Below, piece after piece: positions 55,541 through 64,000 of a stretch of 64,000 nucleotides of DNA. The translations under genes and the position numbers were made by a program. A model generated the notes under the pieces. That model saw only the letters and a program-made list of their open reading frames with translations. It had not been told where the DNA came from and did not search any database. The number at the start of each line of letters is the position of its first letter. The stretch's first letter is position 1. Origin of the DNA: Tubiluchus corallicola (Eukaryota > Animalia > Priapulida); the NCBI GenBank assembly GCA_030141605.1, contig JAQGDQ010000014.1, forward strand, positions 620,001 through 684,000, written 5' to 3'.

Positions 55541-58500
55541 TGTAATATTTTTATGGCAATAAACTTGTTAACTAATTGTAAGTTTATTTCCATATTCACA
55601 AATAAACACATTATGCATTTTGTTAAAAGTTATTAAATTATTAAAAGTGGAAAAAAGCACTTTAAAGTTAATACAGACTTATATGCCAGATATTTCATCT
55701 GTCTATTAATTATCCATTTTAAAGGCAGTTGATGCAAGTAAAAGTTAACATACCGATCAAAAGACTAATCTTTGAGTGCTCTCCCGCATAATAAAAAATC
55801 GTCAACAAATTTGGCTGATCTAGACATAGGAAATTAACGATTATAATCATTAAATTCTGCTTGCAAAGGATATATAGTTGGCCACCCGCCCTCGGCTGCT
55901 CGGTTATAATTGAATTGAATTGAATTATTTTTTTCGGAATCTAGTCCATAAAGACAAAAATACATGAAATACGTACAAGGATAAAAACGCTACCAAAACC
56001 TAACTTAAAGAACATACTTGCAGTACAATATATGTTCTTCATTTGTTAAAAATGTAAGAATTTATAGTAATATCAGAATTTAAAACACGTTGTATCAAAA
56101 TAAATATATGTTCTTCATTTGTTAAAAATGTAAGAATTTATAGTAATATCAGAATTTAAAACACGTTGTATCAAAATACTAATAGAATGATCTAATCGAT
56201 TTTTAAAAGAGTAAACAGCTTTTCGTATAGTTACGTCAAAGTGATTAAATGGTTGCATTTTTGTAAGTCTCCTAATCAACTTTAAATCAAAGAAAGTACG
56301 GTTGTTACTTGAGCGCGCATTTCTCCATCCATATTGACTTAGTTTGTTTACATTTCTCGCATATGCGGAGATTTAATATCACAAACAAACAAATAAAACA
56401 AATCTGTTTGTAATAATATTGTGCAACGTGTTTGTGGATTTATGAATTTACTACATGTAAACGTCAGATTTTTCATGCACGACTGCAATTAAGAAGCAGA
56501 AATCGGCCTCCTTTGATCTTCGGATCAATTCAGCAAGTTCTGAGTATTCTTTCCCACTTATAGGAGCACTAAATCTCTTTACCGTCCTCTGAGTTCTTAT
56601 TGAATAAATCCAGATAATGCTTTTTGAAATATATTACTAATTTTATCCTTTTGGTTTGAGAAGAAAATATTTTCCAAGACTTATATCGTAGATACGTTAC
56701 AGAATAGTTTCTGAAATCCTTAATTAATTGACGAAACATGCCAACAAGAAAACGTGTCATATAATTTCTTACTTCTGTTTGTGCTGTTCGCGTTGCTGTG
56801 ATGTCGTTATTGGCCACCTTGGTTACCTTGGTCACCATGGTTACCTGCAAGTCTACTAAGACACGACCGAGAGTAACATTCCGTAATTTGTCCTTGAAGA
56901 ATAAATCCCGTACACGTAACCTTAATTATCCCTGAAAAAGTGCCTCCCTGAGTGCTTCGAATACTTCGAAAATTTTGCAAAATTGCAAGATTTATGTTTG
57001 AATAGTGTCAAATTATTGATGGCTAAAAATATAGCCCTAGCTTGATTAGTGGATATGACGCACTAGCGCATTATTATCACAATTTCAGAATAGGTTTTAG
57101 ACACGAAACCCACAATTTCATTTTTATAGGGTGCAGTAATTTCTTGAAACGTTTTTCGTGTTCTTCGCAGTTTGCAAAATAGTATAATAGAATAATAGAA
57201 ATAGTATTATAGAATTCATGAATTTGACCCTTAAAGCTGCCACAAAGCAAAGCAAAAGTACGTTACACAAAAGCTTTACATTAGGCTTAGCATTAACAAA
57301 AGAAAGTACAGTTTCGAAAATTGTGCAGAATGTTGTTTTATATTTTTAGATAGATTATGGGGAAAGAAAAGCCGTTGTAACATCTGGCAGCTATTTTAAC
57401 GGAATCATTAGAAACAGAAATGATCTCATTCAAGAGGCCTTTGAACACTTCGATTCAGACAGGTAGACTAATTAATGCAAGTGTTAATTAATAAAATTAT
57501 CAACAATTACAATTCTGCTGCTCAATGTAGTATATTATTTACAAGGAGTTTACAATTTAAATACCCAAACCCCAACCCTAACTCACTCTAACCCTAACCC
57601 TAAACCTAATCGTAACCCTAGTCCGCTTAATACACTAATTTCTTGTGTGTGAAGAATTGTAAACGTCAGTTTATTATTTTTCTTCGCACATGAATTCAAG
57701 AATTAAATGACACGCATAAAAACATGCTACAAAAAATATTGACTGTTATCTTGTAACGCCAATATTTAAAACACCATAATCCAGTAAAAAGGAATCATAG
57801 TGAAATTGATCGTAGCTTTCACAAAGAAAACTAAAAACTGATAAAACTGATATAAACTTAGTATCAACTAGACTTTCGACAATTTACCCAGGCTAATGCA
57901 GCCGATAACAAAGCGAAACTATTTTGCCTATCGTTATCTTTATGTGAGAACTAGCGGTAACGAAAACAATGATGGCAAAGGCTTTGATGATGGTGGTGAC
58001 GACAAAACGACGGCGACAACATCAAGAACGATGACGAGATTCTAGCATTATAACGTAAGTTAAGCGACTTCTGTAAGGTTCGAATTACACGTTTTTCTTT
58101 CTGTTTCAGAGATGGCATAATTGATTCAAAAGAATTCGACTCGCTTCTTGATGACATTCTGGTAAATTCCAGGGGAGAAAAATACAATGTTTCCAAAAGT
58201 ACAAGGCGAAAACTATGGTGCCGCTCAACATCAGACGCGAAACTGGTACAGTGAATATAATCCGCTAAACAAATTAAGCAATTCCCTGGCTCCAATTTAC
58301 CTCTCCGCTAGAGCTTGCCAAAAAATCCAAGGCGAATTTTTAGCTGTTAACTATAGCACTTATTTGACCTCCGGTTTAGATATTGTTAAAGTTTCCGGTA
58401 ATCAACCACAATTCCTGTTTACTTAGTTCTACGGTAATAGTCGCAAAATTTTTTATTCGAATTCAGAATCCGAGACGGAACTATTTTAAACTGACAATGA

Positions 58501-61500
58501 ATTAGAAATTATTGTTTTGGCATGAAATCTTATAAACATCTTGTTTGTTACACTGCTATTTTAAACTAATATAATTTTAAACTAATCTAATTAACTACCC
58601 TTAAATTAATTAATTAATTAGTTTTATTTTACTGAGGGTAGGCGGCTTTGATTGGTTGCCACTACCAGTAGTATGACAATTCAGTCCTGTTCTATTTATT
58701 ATATGGGACTATTTATTGCGTGCTCAATGGCTGAGCGCATGACCTGATACCGGATTCGAATTCTAGTTGCCTCACAACTCCTTTAGTTAATTAGCTGTTA
58801 GCTTCATTGTTTATTACATATGAACCGTTAGGTTTTTATCCATTTTGGCTAAACGTCTAAAAAATATGAATATGAATTTAAAATTAATTGAATTAATTTG
58901 AATGTATTTGCATAGTGGTTACGAAATTAAAATGTTTTGAATTTTAGGCTTGCACGGGGGTTACTCAAAGTGATTTCAACAAATTGTGGAAAAAGTGGAT
59001 TATTAAAGTAAGTTTGAATATGAATTTCTTGTCTACTTCGGCAAAGCTTTAGCAAAAGTGGTGTGTTAATGTTATTTTAAAATGCATAAAGGCATGTGCT
59101 ATTTTCTAAAAACCGACAGCAGTGCTTAACAGTCTTATGTGTTAATGTGAATGCTTGCAACGGGATCGGAATCTAGGCGATTATCAAAGATAAACCTCAA
59201 CAAAGAGACCTAAATCGGTAGAAGATACAAGTCCATATACAAATCTTATACAAATGCATTAAAGTAGTCTCACCATTTTCCGAGTTTTCAGATCTGTACA
59301 ATGCGTAACCCTTTCATAGGATAGGATCAACCTCCCATATAAGGCCAAACTTAAAATCATGGCAATAGGTACTCGTGCAGGGAGTCACCTGACATCTTAA
59401 AATTAATAATTATTAATTATAAACTTGATGATAAGCATACTACTGTCATATACATTTTTTAGATTTTGTTCCCTATAAGTGCTCTCATTGTCGTCGATGT
59501 GCAAAACGATTTCATCAGCGGATCACTTGCTTTGAACAATGCTCCAGCTGGGCAAGATGGCGCTGCTGTAGTTCCTGTCATCGATAAACTACTTGCAGAA
59601 GTGAGTTCATTGACTTAACAATAAGTAAAGAAATCATCCAAATGTAAACTTGGTAAAGTGTAGATCGAATCTTTTCTTGTAAGACATAATAAAAAATGCC
59701 TGCGCTGTCGTCAAGTTTATTTCGCTTTTTAGGCATTGTCTTTGTAATGAAGAACCTGGCCGGGTTTGAGAATAGAGGAAACCAGCTGAACCTGAATCCT
59801 TGTTAGGTTTCTCTTCTAATGTGGTGACACTATGTGCTGTATAAATGACGTATTGTCATGCCAAGTTTGTTTACTTTGATTCTTTGTTCTTTGACTCAAT
59901 TGAACTATTAGCACACATTTTGTCATTTGCTTTTATTGATGTTCAATAAATGTTCAATCAGTGACGTATTTACACTCGCACAATTCAAAGCTCGCTCATG
60001 CCTTTTAAAAGAGGTCGCTATTTTTTTCAAAAAAATGCTGATTTGTTTAAAGCAACACGGGGTAATGATAATCGCATTGGTGTATAGATTTAATTCATTG
60101 ACATCAGTCAGCGATTAACTTCTTAGGCTTAACAGTATATTAATAGTTGGTCTAAAAACCGACTTAAATTATTAATTATTGCTGTTATTTGTAAAATCAA
60201 TAGTTTCAGCTAATACTGACTTTTACAAGACAATTGATTTCGTGTTGATTTTTAGGTGCCGTTTGACACTATAGTATATTCATACGATTGGCATCCATCT
60301 GATCACATTTCCTTTGTAGACAATGTTCATCTGAGAGAACTGCATGCAAATTACACGGTACATACACTGTGGCGTTTACCAGCATCCGGAATGCGCATGC
60401 GTTATGCGAATGCAGAATAGATCAAATCAGTTACATCCTTTTCAATGCTCCCGTTTATTAGACCTGGTCCGCCTTATGCGTTATTTCTTCGGCAGCTACC
60501 TCCTATTGTTTTTATACACTGCTATTCCACAGGTGTATAACGCATAACGCATTCCGGATGTCGCTTATATCATATCTCATCTTTGTAGGTTTAATACTCA
60601 CCTATTAAATTTACGTGGGTGATAATAGCAAGTACTAGTAGCCTTTTTCTCTACCCTTCTTACACAGTGTTTCAGATCTAATTGGTATAGTTGTGCAGAA
60701 AATACAAAAAATTAAAAGTGCCTTAGTGATCTCGTAGAAGTTCAATGTCTGTAAGAATTAATCTGTGTTTTCCCACCACTATTATAGATATACTAACGTG
60801 GCTTTTCTCTATGCATTTGTTATTAAAGGCAGCGAACCTTTCTTTAGTTATAACGGCAATATTCACTCTCTCACAAATTCTAAACTTGTACTTCTCTAGC
60901 AAAATAATTACTGGGTTACTAGCTATCGATGTAACTCTAAAACGGTTTATTTCGCCGTTTCTCGTTCTCGTTGTTCATGTAATAAGTTTTTATATTGTGA
61001 CGCCACTGCACAATATCCGCATTCTAAACTGATACGAAGAAACGGGTACAATAAATGGCATTCTAAATGACATATTCAGGCAATTGGGCAGAAAGAAACT
61101 GAGTACGCCAGTAACACAATGATCTTCGCCTTTTTTCACAAAATTCTACTCAGCATCTAAAACTGCTGGATCGCATAACATTTGTCTCAAAAAATACTGT
61201 GCTCTACATCAATTACGAATGCAGCAATTTGATGAATTCCAGAAAATTCCGCAACACGAATAAGTATTAACTGAATTTAATTTTATTTTTTGTGCAAACA
61301 TACAGACAATATTAATGTTCATCACAGAAGGCAGTGATTAGAACATCGAAAGTTTTGAATAAGTATTTCTAGCTTTCCATAAATTTTATAAGTTAACTTG
61401 TAAAATAGGTGGCATGGCATTATCGGTTTTGGCTTGCACTGGACGAAACCCTTTAAAATTGTTTGTTTTTATTAACTTTTTATTTCAGAAACCGCGCTCC

Positions 61501-61617
61501 GAGATTGGCCTATACGACGTGGTAAAGTTTAATGACTCATGGGGAACAGAACAGACAATGTGGCCTAGACACTGCGTCCAAGGATCCTGGGGTGCTCAGC
61601 TGCATGACAATTTAACT
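55151..61617 (+). CDS. PNC1: Nicotinamidase/pyrazinamidase (isochorismatase family) with N-terminal EF-hand region and putative signal anchor; 5' part, continues beyond right edge
   Basis: Exons 55151-55243 (MWRLTLAIVSIVGSFIGVVFNKYY..., less certain), 57350-57462, 58110-58245, 58948-59007, 59463-59600, 60256-60357, 61489-61617, all phase-consistent. Motifs: EF-hand AFEHFDSDRDGIIDSKEF; ALIVVDVQNDFISGSL; DWHPSDHISF; WPRHCVQGSWGAQLH. Confidence 0.92.
55500..55537. repeat. (TA)n microsatellite
   Basis: Direct inspection. Confidence 0.95.
56027..56178. repeat. Perfect 76-bp tandem duplication
   Basis: aatatatgttcttcatttgttaaaaatg...cacgttgtatcaaaata present at 56027-56102 and 56103-56178. Confidence 0.9.
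57544..57666 (+). mobile_element. Family B short element, copy 3
   Basis: aggagtttacaatttaaataccc...ctaaccctaaccctaaacctaatcgtaaccctagtccgc...gtgtgtgaagaattgtaaac. Confidence 0.7.
60383..60560. mobile_element. Probable MITE in nicotinamidase intron
   Basis: Inverted termini catccggaatgcg...gttatgcg / cgcataacgcattccggatg. Confidence 0.55.
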
Positions 61618-63954
61618 GTAAGTAGAGCCGATAGATGGGGTTGCACTAATGGAAACTTGTTATTTTGATCTGTAACATTGGTTAAGAAATTAAGAATGAT
61701 AAACGCTTAGCGAATGGCGCATCTATATTAATTTTTCGTACTGAGTTAGCTACTCCTTTTCTCAAAGCATCTTCGTACTGCTACTGAACTGACCACAGAA
61801 ATAACGCAGTATTCCATCTGTTTCTTGTCTTAAGAGTATAAAAATAATTTGATACATACCTCCTGGTATTGCCGCCGGATGGGACCAATCATCATGTTAT
61901 TCTAGCGTCGTTATTATCTGTTAAAATATAGTGCGGCAAATAAAAAATGGTATGAATTGTGCAGCTCTCGTTTCGAGTTTGACGTGAAACACAAAACAGA
62001 TTTGCTAGAGGCAATTAATTATTAAATTGTTAAGCGTAGTTTGTCCAAAGACAGGCTAACAAAAACATCGCAGTTTTATGTTAACATTCTTGAAATTTCG
62101 AGCTAGTTCTTGCAGCTATTTTTATATTAGCTGGCAAGCATTTGTTTTTTATGGGATTTACCTTCCAAAAAGACTGAAATTAGTCTGGCCAAAAGACGAA
62201 AAAAGAGAATTAGATTATAAAAACAAAAGGTTGAATTTGGATTTAAGAACACGTATTTAAGGAAATATTGTTAAAGTGAGAGAATAACGTAACCAAGCCG
62301 CTGACCAAAGAGTTCTGCAACGCTGATATGAGAGAAAAGGAATGCTAGAGTAAGAGACTATTCTAAAATTAGAAATGGTCCATACTCCATGCTCCAAAGC
62401 TCAAGTAACTATGGACGTATAAACTAAATATCTGTAGCACCTGCGTATACATGACGGCACGTTTCGGTACAAGAGCGAAGAGTGTCTTTGTACAAATACA
62501 GAAATGAATAAGGTGTTAAGTTCTGGGCACAAAAAAGGCACCTTACTTTCTGAGAATTTTTAGCTTTATCGTTAATATTGTTGACCGAGTTGATTATCAA
62601 AAGTGTGAGAGCTGAGATGATTTAAAGATTGGGAAAATCAATATATCAGTAAGGTGTGAAATTCGCATTTGGCGAATGGAATAAAAAAGTACGTTGTGGG
62701 AACTTGCACTTATTAAACGCGTTGCCGTGATGTATGAATTCGTTGTATTCTTGCAAATCAGGGGTATATATTTCTGGTATATATTTCTGCCTAGACTGGT
62801 ATATATTTCTGCTTTAAACCTCACTTTAAAGCCAGCGTACTTCGGATGTGTTGGCAGTCTATAATGAATGAAATGGAAAGCGTTGATGGTTTGCAGACAC
62901 GAAAAGTAGGAATTTTTTGCCTCTTATAATATAGAGTATTAGATGCAGACGCTGCCTCCACACGAGACTAAATCTTCTGTCTAATTCATTCATGTCTGTC
63001 AGGTCATTTTAACATTTTATAAACCGCTGTATTTAAACTACTGTATTTATCACAAGTACATGTATAAGCGAATTCGTTTTTATGGAAATACGGTATGTTT
63101 CCAAATTCCCCTCCTTCCAAAATTTTGTTTGCGTCCACACGATTTTTCGAAAAATTTTGAAAAAAAAACTTTGTTTAATCTCCTACATACACGCATATTT
63201 AAATTTTCTTACACGTCGAGCCTATAGCGGACCGTAAATAAACAGCTAATTTTATGTCCGGACAGATGAAACGCCCAAGAGCATATATATATATATACTT
63301 ACAGCTAGGGAATCAGCGTGTCTGCTGTGCATCTAGTAATTTTGGTGCCAATTTTGTTGCATCTTTAAGAAATGAATCTATATCATGGTGACACATAGAG
63401 TCATTACTATGAACCTATTTTCGAACATCATTTTTTTCAAATTAATGTCCAAAAAGCGATATGAATCTAATTAAAAAATAAATTGTTTTAAGTTTTGTTT
63501 GTTAACTATAATATGATGGCTACGTGAGATATACATATAACTACAAAACACTACAAAATTAAGATTATCACAATAGCGAAACACTAAAGCAATAACACTA
63601 ATGAATCTATGAATCTCTATAAGTCGCAACAAGGAAAAAAATTGTATATTTTAAAGGACTCATCTATGATAATACGAATTTTAACATTTCATAGCTCACC
63701 TGACAAGCTCAGTAGGAATTTTAATGAATAGCATGCAGATGATGCTGCTGCTCGCTATCTGCATACGAGAGAGATCAGATTTCAACTTGGCTTCACTTAC
63801 TACGCTGATATCATCGTGTAATTGCTTGCACATGAAGCTCTGTCCCTCTCAAATACTGGCTCGTCTTTCTCTGCATTAAAGCATCTGTTGCTAGTCTTGT
63901 TAGTAAGGAGACCAGATTACCATATTTGTGCAGAAATTTGGAAAGAGAGAGAAA

Positions 63955-63958
<4 letters not shown>

Positions 63959-64000
<42 letters not shown>
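63959..64000. repeat. (GA)n microsatellite, runs off window end
   Basis: Direct inspection. Confidence 0.95.

Noticed and set aside
62520-62570. Next nicotinamidase exon (HKKGT resembling the catalytic-Lys motif)
   Set aside because: Lacks the following DSYSAF motif and hits a stop; the true exon is probably beyond the window
63699-63840. Minus-strand exon-like stretch ending at ag|gtgagc (…MQIASSSIICMLFIKIPTELVR)
   Set aside because: The frame is closed by an upstream TGA, the acceptor is weak and no partner exons were found

Overview
AT-rich, microsatellite-rich eukaryotic genomic DNA with spliced GT-AG genes, most likely from an invertebrate animal. I assembled four phase-consistent gene models by hand. 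(1) The 5' part of a plasma-membrane-type Na+/H+ exchanger (SLC9A/NHE) on the minus strand: 6 exons, a 19-kb first intron, continuing off the left edge. (2) A complete ~768-aa secreted protein with a Tyr/Gly/Pro-rich N-terminus, four tandem EGF repeats and a long Pro/Arg-rich repetitive tail, reminiscent of adhesive or matrix proteins. (3) A ~408-aa orphan single-pass membrane protein. (4) The 5' part of an EF-hand nicotinamidase (PNC1/Naam-like) that appears to start with a signal anchor or signal peptide, continuing off the right edge. Mobile DNA includes a 2.35-kb internally deleted P-element/THAP transposon with TIRs and an 8-bp TSD, and a 2.3-kb fold-back element with ~0.8-0.95-kb inverted arms around a decayed PIN-like/CXC gene remnant. 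There are also LINE and SINE fragments, two families of short inverted-repeat elements with telomere-like cores, and a 45-bp minisatellite that is open on both strands. All models and family assignments come from reading the sequence; no database searches were run.
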